64,000 nucleotides of DNA from Thermodesulfobacteriota bacterium (GTDB lineage: Bacteria; Desulfobacterota_D; UBA1144; Nemesobacterales; Nemesobacteraceae): contig OZ241855.1 of assembly GCA_965202785.1 (NCBI GenBank), forward strand, positions 608,001 to 672,000. The letters are read 5' to 3'. Position numbers and translations under genes: made by a program. Positions 1 through 8,616 of the stretch are shown piece by piece (positions within the stretch are counted from its first letter, which is position 1; the number at the start of each line of letters is the position of its first letter). The notes under the pieces are model-generated. The model was not told the DNA's origin and did not search any database. It saw only the letters and a list, made by a program, of their open reading frames with translations.

Positions 1-772
1 CCGCTGGAATAACTCCGGAAGAAATGATCGCGGAGACCGACGCCCCGGCGTCCTCGATTCTCTCAAAAGAAGCAAAAAGAGTTTTAACCATCTGAGGTTT
101 TTTTATTATTCTCAAAAAGACCTTGGTCACTATGCCCAAAAGCCCCTCGCTTCCAACCACAAGCGAAAGAAGGTCATATCCGAGACTCTCCGGGGTAGGA
201 CCCCCGAGCGTGACCACTGCTCCGTCGGGCAGAACCATCTCCACTCCGAGCACATGGTTGGTCGTAACCCCATACTTAAGACAATGAACTCCACCGGAGT
301 TCTCCGCGACATTGCCTCCTATCGTGCACACGATCTGGCTTGAAGGATCGGGAGCGTAGTAAAATCCCTCGTCACTCACGGCATCGGTTACGGAAATATT
401 GACCACTCCGGGCTCGACCACAACGACACGGTTCGGGATATCCACGTCAAGAATCCTGTTCATTCTTGAAAGTGATATCACTATGCCCTCGCGACTGGGG
501 AGAGCACCACCGGAGAGGCCGGTTCCCGCCCCTCTCGGAACAAAAGGAATTTTCTCGCGATTGCAGAGTGTTACAACCAGGGAGACTTCCTCCGCACTTG
601 AAGGGAGAACAACGAAAAGAGGCTTTACCCTGTATCCGGTAAGCCCGTCGCTTTCATAGGCAATCAGCTCATCCTCGGCTGAGATAACCGCCCCGGCACC
701 CAGGATTTCCACAAGTTCCGAGGCGATGCGGGATTTCCATCCGCCGGTTCTTTTTACAGCTTGCGAGTCCAT
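1..772 (-). CDS. glcD: FAD-linked oxidase, glycolate oxidase subunit GlcD-like (5' part; runs off window start)
   Basis: Manual translation of the minus strand from ATG 772 gives MDSQAVK...PFVPRGAGTGLSGGA...EPGVVN...YYAPDPSSQIVCTIGGNVAENSGGVHCLKYGVT, the typical GlcD FAD-binding motifs. Absent from the ORF track because it is truncated. Confidence 0.85.
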   Translation of the reverse strand, partial: MDSQAVKRTGGWKSRIASELVEILGAGAVISAEDELIAYESDGLTGYRVKPLFVVLPSSAEEVSLVVTLCNREKIPFVPRGAGTGLSGGALPSREGIVISLSRMNRILDVDIPNRVVVVEPGVVNISVTDAVSDEGFYYAPDPSSQIVCTIGGNVAENSGGVHCLKYGVTTNHVLGVEMVLPDGAVVTLGGPTPESLGYDLLSLVVGSEGLLGIVTKVFLRIIKKPQMVKTLFASFERIEDAGASVSAIISSGVIPA

Positions 773-814
773 CGTTAAACTTATAGTATATCGGAACTTG
801 GGGAACGCGAAAAA

Positions 815-1432
815 TTGACTGAGACTATCAAAGAAACCGATCCGCTCGTATTTGATAAGCTATCCGAATGCCTTACGGGCGGAGGGGTGATCGTATACCC
901 GACCGAAACTCTCTACGGAATCGGCTGTCTTGCGTTTGACCGGGAGGCCTGCCGGAGAATAGTAAGGATAAAACAAAGATCCGGAGGCAAGGGACTTATA
1001 GTCCTCGTGAGTGACAAGGAAATGCTTGACCGCCACTTCCATGTTCCCGGCGACCTGCTTGAGAGATACTCCCGAAGCCAAAAACCCCTTACGCTCATAC
1101 TGCGCCCGAAGTCCGTTTTTCCACAAGAGGTGTCAGGAGAAAGGGAATCGGTCGCGGCAAGAATCTCCACTTCTCCCTTCGCAAAAGAGATCCTTCGCCG
1201 CGTGGGAGAGCCCATAACCTCTACGAGCGCGAACATAAGCGGCAGGGGGAACTCAAACCGGTTTGCTGATATCCGCAGGGATTTTCCAAGCGGAATTGAT
1301 GTTATCGTTGATTCTGGTAATCTTCCACCCTCAATGGGTTCAGCGATAGTGAACCTGACGACCACGTCACCCGAAATTATCAGAGAGGGAGATCTTTCCG
1401 TAACCGAAATAGAGAGGATTCTTCATGGCTGA
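815..1432 (+). CDS. tsaC: L-threonylcarbamoyladenylate synthase (TsaC/YrdC type, no Sua5 C-terminal domain)
   Basis: VYPTETLYGIG, KQR and TSTSANISG motifs; TTG start. Confidence 0.9.
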   Translation: MTETIKETDPLVFDKLSECLTGGGVIVYPTETLYGIGCLAFDREACRRIVRIKQRSGGKGLIVLVSDKEMLDRHFHVPGDLLERYSRSQKPLTLILRPKSVFPQEVSGERESVAARISTSPFAKEILRRVGEPITSTSANISGRGNSNRFADIRRDFPSGIDVIVDSGNLPPSMGSAIVNLTTTSPEIIREGDLSVTEIERILHG

Positions 1433-2636
1433 AATAAAACCTTTCAGAGGTATAAGATACAGCAAGGAAGCGGTCGAGGACTTCGCGAAAGTCATCGCTC
1501 CTCCCTACGACGTAATAAGCCCGCAGCAACGTGAGGAACTGTGTGCCAAAAGTCCTTTTAACGCCGTGAGAATTGAACTGCCCGAAGGAGAAGGCAGGCA
1601 GCGTTATCAAAATGCGAAGGAAATCTATTCGAAGTGGCTCCGCGACAAAGTGCTCATAAGGGACGACGAGCCTTCAATCTATCCTTACTACCAGGACTTC
1701 GAGTTCGAAGGACAACGCTACACAAGAAAAGGGTTCATAACGAACCTAAAGGTTGAAGATTTCGACAAGAAAATCGTTCTGCCGCATGAACAGACTTTCA
1801 GAAAACACAAGGAAGACCGACTGGCGCTCACAGTCGCTTGCAACTCCAACCTGAGCCAGATCTTCTGCGTCTATCCCGACACCTCGGGAGAAATCGAGGA
1901 GGATGTAGACAGAAATACCGGAGAACCGCTTGTGGACGTCACTTTTGAAGAAGGAATAAGGAATATTCTCTGGAAGATATCCGATCCGAGAGTCATAGAA
2001 CGCATAAAAAGCCGCCTCGCAAACAGATCCATTCTGATCGCAGACGGTCATCACCGCTACGAAACCTCGGTAAACTTCAGAGACCTGAAGAGAAAAGAAA
2101 CGGGGGACAATTCAGGACAGATGCCCTGGGATTACGTAATGACCTACCTCTCGCGCGGAGAAGGCCAAGGACTGATAATTAACCCCACTCACAGGATAGC
2201 AAGAAAAGTCGGAGACAACCTGATTGACAATCTGCGGAAAGATTTCAAAGTCGAGAGAATTGCGCTTGAGAATTCGCTTGATCTCGGCCCGGATCAGATA
2301 TCCGTTGTGACCAAGAATCCCGAGAGAACCTTCAGGATTGCTCCCAAGACGACGCAAGAAAAAGACTATGAGAACCTCGCCGTGATAACTCTTCACAGCC
2401 AGGTGTTCGGAGCACTTATAGAAGAAGACAAGGCGGGTGTACGATACTCCAAGTTCCCAGAAGAAGTATTCGAGAATGTGCACAATGGGGAGTTTGAGGC
2501 CGGATTTCTTCTTCCCAAACTAAAATCAGAGGACATATTCAAAGTGGTTCTCGACGGAACCAAGATGCCTCACAAGACCACCTACTTCTATCCGAAGATT
2601 CTCTCCGGATTAGTATTCAACCCTCTGTGGCGTTAA
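1425..2636 (+). CDS. DUF1015 family protein
   Basis: IKPFRG, APPYDVI, LPHEQT, IADGHHRYE, PTHR and MPHKTTYFYPK motifs. Confidence 0.9.
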   Translation: MAEIKPFRGIRYSKEAVEDFAKVIAPPYDVISPQQREELCAKSPFNAVRIELPEGEGRQRYQNAKEIYSKWLRDKVLIRDDEPSIYPYYQDFEFEGQRYTRKGFITNLKVEDFDKKIVLPHEQTFRKHKEDRLALTVACNSNLSQIFCVYPDTSGEIEEDVDRNTGEPLVDVTFEEGIRNILWKISDPRVIERIKSRLANRSILIADGHHRYETSVNFRDLKRKETGDNSGQMPWDYVMTYLSRGEGQGLIINPTHRIARKVGDNLIDNLRKDFKVERIALENSLDLGPDQISVVTKNPERTFRIAPKTTQEKDYENLAVITLHSQVFGALIEEDKAGVRYSKFPEEVFENVHNGEFEAGFLLPKLKSEDIFKVVLDGTKMPHKTTYFYPKILSGLVFNPLWR

Positions 2637-2643
2637 GCAGATA

Positions 2644-2690
2644 AAAAAAAGAGGAGGGATAACCGTTAAGGTCTCCCTCCTCTTCTTTAT
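2644..2690. terminator. Bidirectional intrinsic terminator
   Basis: AAGAGGAGGGA...TCCCTCCTCTT inverted repeat flanked by A and T tracts, between convergent genes. Confidence 0.8.
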
Positions 2691-2736
2691 TACTCATCAA
2701 GAACTCAGTGTCTTCTCAGACACCGGCTCTTCGCCA

Positions 2737-3708
2737 TTATCCCTGGCTATACTGCGGCAGCAGGAACCTGTGACGCATCGTGTACTCAAACGGCGTAGAG
2801 TATACTATATGACCCATGTCATCAGCTCCTCTCTCTACCGTGTTCGTCCAGATCGTCAACGCCGGCGGTATTATCAGGTTAAACGTGAAGCTTATCAACC
2901 CTACTACCTCCGTTGCCGGTATCTGACCACCCATGTAGTCAAACGGCGTCCCCGACATGAACCACGAACGTACATCCTCCGTAACAGCCGTCCTCACGCT
3001 CTCAGGATTCAGCTGGAACCTGTGTCCCGTCCCGAATCCCGGCGGAAGATCCGACGGCAGATACGTTACTTCATGGATACTGTTCGATACATCAGGCCTC
3101 GTCGTTATCCTGTAGTTCATCCTTCCCCAGTCGGTCTTGCCATAAAACGTAGGCCTGGCCGAAAGCGGACGGTCCGAATAACGTCCGTTCGCTGTGTGCA
3201 GTATGTAGCCTCTGCGCTCCATCAAGTGGTTGAAATAGTTGTTGTTGGTACCATGCTCGAACCCGGCGATGTATGCAGCCTTCTTCGGAAATCCGAATGG
3301 CTCCTTACCGGCAAAAATCGGAGAGTCGTTCGACAGATACATATACGGATAGTATCCCGCTTTGTATATGTGTCCGCTTCCGTCATCCACCGTTGCCGAG
3401 AACGTTACGCCCATCTCCATGTATGGACCTAACATCGTGTTCTTGTGTATTACGTACCAAAACTCTATTACATCATCCTGAACCTCTATCGGTTCCGGAA
3501 CTACCGCTTTCATAGCGTTGATGTCTGCCCTTATCACATAGGCCATCCACCTGCTCTCTGTATACGTAAGCGGTATGATGTCGTAGTCGAACACTGGGTC
3601 CGCTACTCCCTGACTGATTATGTGGATCCTGTCCCTGTCCAATGGTAATGGTGGAACTTCTCCCTCATCCAGCCAAGGATAACTGTACTCATTTGCATGT
3701 AATCCCAT
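2737..3708 (-). CDS. Acetoacetate decarboxylase-like (ADC superfamily) protein, paralog 2
   Basis: GPYMEMG and YPYMYLSNDSPIFAGKEPFGFPKK match the ADC Schiff-base PKK motif; strong AAGGAGG RBS. Confidence 0.75.
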   Translation of the reverse strand: MGLHANEYSYPWLDEGEVPPLPLDRDRIHIISQGVADPVFDYDIIPLTYTESRWMAYVIRADINAMKAVVPEPIEVQDDVIEFWYVIHKNTMLGPYMEMGVTFSATVDDGSGHIYKAGYYPYMYLSNDSPIFAGKEPFGFPKKAAYIAGFEHGTNNNYFNHLMERRGYILHTANGRYSDRPLSARPTFYGKTDWGRMNYRITTRPDVSNSIHEVTYLPSDLPPGFGTGHRFQLNPESVRTAVTEDVRSWFMSGTPFDYMGGQIPATEVVGLISFTFNLIIPPALTIWTNTVERGADDMGHIVYSTPFEYTMRHRFLLPQYSQG

Positions 3709-3739
3709 TATGGTTTTACCTCCTTAAATCTTTTTTATC

Positions 3740-4720
3740 TTATGAACCCTGACTGATCGGGAACTGCTGCCTCAATCCATACTTGTATGGCGTGGCATAT
3801 CCACGATAACTTGCCGGCCTCTCATATGTCTCCGTCCATAGCACTACCGCTGGCGGTATTACAAGATCGAACACAAACGAGATCAATCCAGTTACTTCCT
3901 GAATCTTCAGCTCCGCTCCCATGTTGTCAAACGGAGTGGCCTGCATGAACCAGTTTATCGCGTCTCCGCTTGCTGTCCTGGTGTGCTCAGGCTTAATCTT
4001 GAACCTGTGTCCCGTTATCATGCTGTCAAACGGAGGCGGCAACGCCGATGGCAGATATGTCAGCTGCCACTCCGAACTCGATACGTCCGGACGCGTTATG
4101 ACCTTCATGTTGAACTTACCCCAGTCCGTCTTACCGTAGAAATACGGAGGTGTTACCTGCTTGTCGTCGAACTGTCCTGTCGCGCTGTGCATCAGGTAAC
4201 CGTTACGACTCATTGCAAATCCAAAGAAATCCGTGCCCTTCTCTCCACCATGTACCGTACATCTGATGTAGGACATCTTCTTTGGAAATCCAAGTACACG
4301 ACCAGCGTCCACTGGCGCGTCACCCGTAAGATACATATACGGATAGTATCCCGCTCTCCACACGTTCCCGTCAGGATCCGTGTATGATGCCGATACCGTT
4401 ACGCCAAACTCAAGATATGGACCTAACATCGTGTTCTTGTGATCCACATACCAAAACTCTACCAGGTCCGCATTCTCGCCATCCCATACCTGCAACGGGG
4501 GATTCGGGCACAGACGACTCCGAGTTGCCTCGTCGCACCTTACTACAAATGCTGACCACCTGCTGTCCGTGTATGTCAGCGGCAGCACGTCTATGTCCCA
4601 CAGCGGATCCGACGGATTCGCTATGATCCATGACTTGATATCCCGCTCTATCGGAGGGGGCGGGACCTCTTTCGTCAACTCCCAGTACTTCGTTGGGACG
4701 TTTAAATGACTATGGCTCAT
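3740..4720 (-). CDS. Acetoacetate decarboxylase-like (ADC superfamily) protein, paralog 1
   Basis: GPYLEFG and YPYMYLTGDAPVDAGRVLGFPKK; AAGGAGG RBS; homologous to the neighbouring gene along its length. Confidence 0.75.
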   Translation of the reverse strand: MSHSHLNVPTKYWELTKEVPPPPIERDIKSWIIANPSDPLWDIDVLPLTYTDSRWSAFVVRCDEATRSRLCPNPPLQVWDGENADLVEFWYVDHKNTMLGPYLEFGVTVSASYTDPDGNVWRAGYYPYMYLTGDAPVDAGRVLGFPKKMSYIRCTVHGGEKGTDFFGFAMSRNGYLMHSATGQFDDKQVTPPYFYGKTDWGKFNMKVITRPDVSSSEWQLTYLPSALPPPFDSMITGHRFKIKPEHTRTASGDAINWFMQATPFDNMGAELKIQEVTGLISFVFDLVIPPAVVLWTETYERPASYRGYATPYKYGLRQQFPISQGS

Positions 4721-5039
4721 ATTCTAAGCCTCCTTACTGTAGATTTGGGCCAAAACTTACCACCCATTCCATACCTCTTTAACACCCTATCTTCCCCTGT
4801 TGATAGAATGTTGGTAGCTCTGTTGGATGCGAATAGACGCAACCTCACCCGATTTACATTCAATCAAATCTTACACCCTTTTGTCAAGCACTTTTTTGCG
4901 ATCTTGGCAAACTTTTTTCCGGTTCCGGGGTACCGAAGAAAATCTACCCGCTTAACCGCCTAAAAATGCCGATTTGGGTGTGAAAAAAAGAGGGGATTTT
5001 TCATCCAAAACGCGATCACGGCTTATACCGAAATTGGGC

Positions 5040-5112
5040 AAAAAAAAGCCGCCGAAGCCACTTAATCCCGTTAGGGAAAAAACAGCCACGGCGGCAACCG
5101 GAAGGTGGAACA
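5040..5112 (-). ncRNA. Candidate small RNA or attenuator leader (about 70 nt)
   Basis: Follows the promoter TTGACA-N18-TACTAT; contains a GCCGCCG/CGGCGGC stem and ends in U8. Confidence 0.45.
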
Positions 5113-5118
5113 TTTGAT

Positions 5119-5148
5119 ATAGTACTCTCTATTTACCAGTAATGTCAA
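5119..5148 (-). promoter_or_regulatory. Sigma70-type promoter
   Basis: TTGACA (5143-5148), 18-nt spacer, TACTAT (5119-5124) on the minus strand. Confidence 0.65.
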
Positions 5149-5178
5149 TAAAGTTTTTACGGCAATTGCAAAGTTCCT

Positions 5179-5207
5179 TTGCCACGATGCGCTAAAACGG
5201 CTATACT
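5179..5207 (+). promoter_or_regulatory. Sigma70-type promoter of the acyl-CoA dehydrogenase
   Basis: TTGCCA-N17-TATACT. Confidence 0.5.
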
Positions 5208-5263
5208 GCCTTCCCGAAAAACTTTCTCGCTACAATGAGGATTGGCACAGGGAGGACGCCAAA

Positions 5264-6406
5264 TTGCCTATAGATTTCGAATTCACGGACGAGCAGCGCA
5301 TGTTCCGGGAAATGATAGTGGATTTCGCCCAGAACGAGATAGAACCGCTGGTTGAAGAAGCGGAAGCCACCCAGACCTTCCCCAAGCAGCTGTTTCCCAT
5401 GCTCGGGGAAATCGGACTGCTCGGAATCTCCTTTCCGGAAGAATACGGAGGGGTCGCTCAGGACAAGATAATGGACTGCATATTCTCCGAGGAGATGGGG
5501 AGAGTTAACGCCGGCATAGCCATGTGCATTAACGCCCACACAAGCCTTTCCATGTTCCCCATATACAAATTCGGCTCCGAGGAACAGAAGCAGAAATATC
5601 TCGTCCCCGGGATACAGGGCGAACTAATAGGCTCCCTGGGAATCACCGAACCTAATGCCGGTTCCGACGCGCGAAGCATAAGAACCCAGGCGGAGAAAAA
5701 GGGAGACAGCTACGTGCTTAACGGTACGAAAACCTGGATAACAAACGGCACCATGTGCGACTACGCAGTTGTGGCCGCCTACACCGACAAGACGAAAAAG
5801 GGTCACGGAATAAGCATATTCATAGTGGACAAGGGCACACCGGGATTTTCCGTAAGCGGAAAGATGCACAAGCTAGGGCATCGCTCCGCGGACACGTCGG
5901 AACTTATATTCGAGGGCTGCGAGGTTCCCGAAGAAAGCTTGCTCGTGGGAGAAGGAGGTTTTGCGGGAGCGATGGAGACCCTTCTCGGAGCACGCATAAC
6001 CCACGCCGCAAAAAGCGTCGGAATAGCCCAGGCCGCCTTTGAGTACGCCCTTCAGTATTCAAAGGAAAGAGAGGCGTTCGGAAGACCCATATCCAAGTTT
6101 CAGGCCATAAGTTTCAAGCTCGCCGACATGGCGGTCAAAATAGAGACCGCGAGACTCCTGGTTTACAAGGCCGCATGGCTCTACAGCAACGGGAAAAGGT
6201 GTCTTAAAGAGGCTTCCATGGCCAAGCTCTACTCGGCCGAGATAGTGCAGTGGGTGGCCACAGAGGCCCTGCAGGTACTCGGGGGCTACGGTTACAGCGT
6301 CGAGTATAACGCGGAGAGATACTACCGCGACGCCAGACTAGCTTCCATAACCGAAGGCACTTCGGAGATACAGCGTATCGTTATTTCGCGCGAACTTGGG
6401 ATTTAG
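5264..6406 (+). CDS. Acyl-CoA dehydrogenase
   Basis: TEPNAGSD, LNGTKTWITNG, KLGHRSADT, REAFGRPI and ITEGTSEIQR (catalytic Glu in the SCAD/MCAD position). Confidence 0.95.
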   Translation: MPIDFEFTDEQRMFREMIVDFAQNEIEPLVEEAEATQTFPKQLFPMLGEIGLLGISFPEEYGGVAQDKIMDCIFSEEMGRVNAGIAMCINAHTSLSMFPIYKFGSEEQKQKYLVPGIQGELIGSLGITEPNAGSDARSIRTQAEKKGDSYVLNGTKTWITNGTMCDYAVVAAYTDKTKKGHGISIFIVDKGTPGFSVSGKMHKLGHRSADTSELIFEGCEVPEESLLVGEGGFAGAMETLLGARITHAAKSVGIAQAAFEYALQYSKEREAFGRPISKFQAISFKLADMAVKIETARLLVYKAAWLYSNGKRCLKEASMAKLYSAEIVQWVATEALQVLGGYGYSVEYNAERYYRDARLASITEGTSEIQRIVISRELGI

Positions 6407-6407
6407 T

Positions 6408-6437
6408 TTGGCAAAAGGGTTAGGTATGTAGTAATAT
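6408..6437 (+). promoter_or_regulatory. Internal promoter for thiolase-like/DUF35/MaoC genes
   Basis: TTGGCA-N18-TAATAT, followed downstream by an AAGGAGG RBS. Confidence 0.5.
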
Positions 6438-6488
6438 GATACGGATTTTGAACATCAAAGAGCACTAAGTTAAGGAGGAAGCATTACA

Positions 6489-7700
6489 ATGTCTAAGAAC
6501 CTTCCGGGCATACAGGAGACCCGAGAACTTCTGAAGAAGAAAAAAGTGGTTATCGCCGGGGTGGGCGAAACCGAACAGGGAAAAATCCCGGATAAAAGCT
6601 CCTTTCACTTCCTAAGCGAAGCTTCCAAGCTCGCGATTGAGGACGCGGGAATTAAAAAAGACGACGTGGACGGCCTGGTAACGGCCTTCTCCCTCGTGGA
6701 ACACACCTTCATGCACTGCACCACATTTGCCGACTACTTCGGCATGAACCCGAGATTTTTCTCCTCGGTCGCGGTGGGTGGAGCCACGGCGGTGTGGATG
6801 GTGGCGGAAGCCGCCATGGCAATAGCCTCGGGGCAGGCTGAAGTGGTACTTTGCGTAAGGGGGGACAACACCCTCTCGGGAATATCCTCTTCGGGGATGC
6901 TCGCCCTTATAAGGGAGATGTGCCACGCGGAGTTTGAGTTCCCCTACGGACTTACGACTCCCGGGGGATACGCCCTTGCGGCGCAGAGATACCTCCATGA
7001 CTGGGACAGCCGGAGAGAACATCTCGCCGCGGTTGCGGTAACCATGAGAAAGCACGCCGCGGACAAGGAAAACGCCATGAACAAGGATCCCCTCTCAATA
7101 GAGGACGTCCTTAATTCAAGGGTCATAGCGGAGCCTCTTACCAAGTATGACTGCTCGATCATCTCCGATGGGGGAGCGGCTTTCATAGTGACTACGGAGG
7201 ACAAGGCGAAGGAGCTCGGTATAGAGAACGACCTTGCCTACCTCTGGGGAATGGGACAGGGATACTCCCACCAGTACCTCACCACTCTTGAGAACCTTGA
7301 CCAGATATACAACGCTGTCGAGCGATCGGGGGAGAAGGCGTTCACCACGGCGGGGATAGAGCCAAGGGACGTTGACATAGCGTTTCTTTATGACTGCTTC
7401 ACCATAACCGTTCTGCTTGAACTTGAGGGGCTGGGTTTTGTTCCCAAGGGAGAGGGGGGAGCGTTTGCTCTTGAGGGAAGGATGGAGATAGGGAAGGACC
7501 TTCCGGTGAACACCCACGGGGGACTGCTCTCCCAGGCTCACCTGGGGGCCATGCATCATGTTGTGGAGGCCACTCTGCAGCTCAGGGGGGACGCGGGATG
7601 TCGGCAGGTTGAGGACCCCGAGGTGGCGGTTGTGCATGGAAACGGAGGGATAGTGTCGGCTCACAGCACGGTGGTTCTTGGGAACCAGCCGATTAATTAA
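6489..7700 (+). CDS. SCP2/Ltp2-type thiolase-fold protein (probable aldolase; catalytic Cys absent)
   Basis: IAGVGET, DCSIISDGGAA, LYDCFT and NTHGGLLS motifs; the usual Cys position reads VAVGGATA. Confidence 0.8.
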   Translation: MSKNLPGIQETRELLKKKKVVIAGVGETEQGKIPDKSSFHFLSEASKLAIEDAGIKKDDVDGLVTAFSLVEHTFMHCTTFADYFGMNPRFFSSVAVGGATAVWMVAEAAMAIASGQAEVVLCVRGDNTLSGISSSGMLALIREMCHAEFEFPYGLTTPGGYALAAQRYLHDWDSRREHLAAVAVTMRKHAADKENAMNKDPLSIEDVLNSRVIAEPLTKYDCSIISDGGAAFIVTTEDKAKELGIENDLAYLWGMGQGYSHQYLTTLENLDQIYNAVERSGEKAFTTAGIEPRDVDIAFLYDCFTITVLLELEGLGFVPKGEGGAFALEGRMEIGKDLPVNTHGGLLSQAHLGAMHHVVEATLQLRGDAGCRQVEDPEVAVVHGNGGIVSAHSTVVLGNQPIN

Positions 7701-7722
7701 CACAAACAAGGAGACAGAGAAG

Positions 7723-8148
7723 ATGTCAGAAGAGAAAAAAGCGTATAACAAGCCTTTGCCTGAGTTCCGGCCCGAGACGAAGCCGTTTTGGGAAGCTGCC
7801 AGGGAGCACAAGCTGGTTATCCCTAGATCAAGGGAGACGGGGGAGTTTTTCTTTTACCCGAGGGCTCTTTCCCCTGGAGGGGACATGAGTGAGGACATAG
7901 AGTGGGTTGAGAGCGAGGGACGGGGGAAGGTGTGGACTTTTTCCATACACCACATGGGACCATCGAAAGCCTACAAGGGTGAGCCTCCTTATGTAGTGGC
8001 CCTTATCGAGATGGAAGAGGGAGTGAAGATGATGTCAAACGTCATTGACGTTGACCCAGGTGAAGTGACCATCGGCATGGAAGTGCAGGTCTGCTTCGAT
8101 GACGTTACAGATGAGGTCACCCTCCCCAAATTCAAACCTGCCGGTTAA
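7723..8148 (+). CDS. DUF35 family OB-fold protein (Zn-ribbon cysteines absent)
   Basis: KPLP..PETKPFWEAA, GRGKVWTFS, PYVVALIEMEEGVKMMSN and LPKFKP; ATG 7723 follows AAGGAG. Confidence 0.9.
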   Translation: MSEEKKAYNKPLPEFRPETKPFWEAAREHKLVIPRSRETGEFFFYPRALSPGGDMSEDIEWVESEGRGKVWTFSIHHMGPSKAYKGEPPYVVALIEMEEGVKMMSNVIDVDPGEVTIGMEVQVCFDDVTDEVTLPKFKPAG

Positions 8149-8163
8149 GAAAGGAGAACGAAA

Positions 8164-8616
8164 ATGCCAAGAATTTTTTACGAGGACCTAAACGAGGGAG
8201 ACGAGCACAAAAGCTCAGGTAGAACTGTTACTGAAGCTGACGTCGTCAACTTCGCGGGACTTTCCGCAGACTACAACAACATGCACATAGACGAGGAGTT
8301 CGCCAAAAAAACCGTGTTCAAGACAAGAGTAGCTCACGGCATGCTGGTGACTTCCATAGCCACGGGCCTCTGGTTCACCATGCCGAGGCTGGCGACCGTC
8401 GCCTTCATGGGTCTTGAAGACTGGAGATTTTCGGGAGCCGTATTCCCGGGTGACACGATTCACATAACGAGAAAGCTTGTCGAGAAAAGGGAGCACAAGC
8501 GTCCGAACATGGGATTCTTTATCTTCGAAGTAAACGTATTTACCCACAAAGACGCTGAAAAACCCGTCCAGAGGGGAAAATGGGTGATTCTCGTTCAGAG
8601 AAAAGAGGAAGGATAG
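8164..8616 (+). CDS. MaoC-family (hotdog) acyl-CoA dehydratase/hydratase
   Basis: GRTVTEADVVNFAGLSADYNNMHIDEEFA and RVAHGML (D-x4-H motif). Confidence 0.9.
   Translation: MPRIFYEDLNEGDEHKSSGRTVTEADVVNFAGLSADYNNMHIDEEFAKKTVFKTRVAHGMLVTSIATGLWFTMPRLATVAFMGLEDWRFSGAVFPGDTIHITRKLVEKREHKRPNMGFFIFEVNVFTHKDAEKPVQRGKWVILVQRKEEG

Noticed and set aside
2770-3432. Arg/Val-rich 220-aa ORF antisense to the ADC-like gene
   Set aside because: Composition is explained by the reverse complement of biased sense-strand codons.
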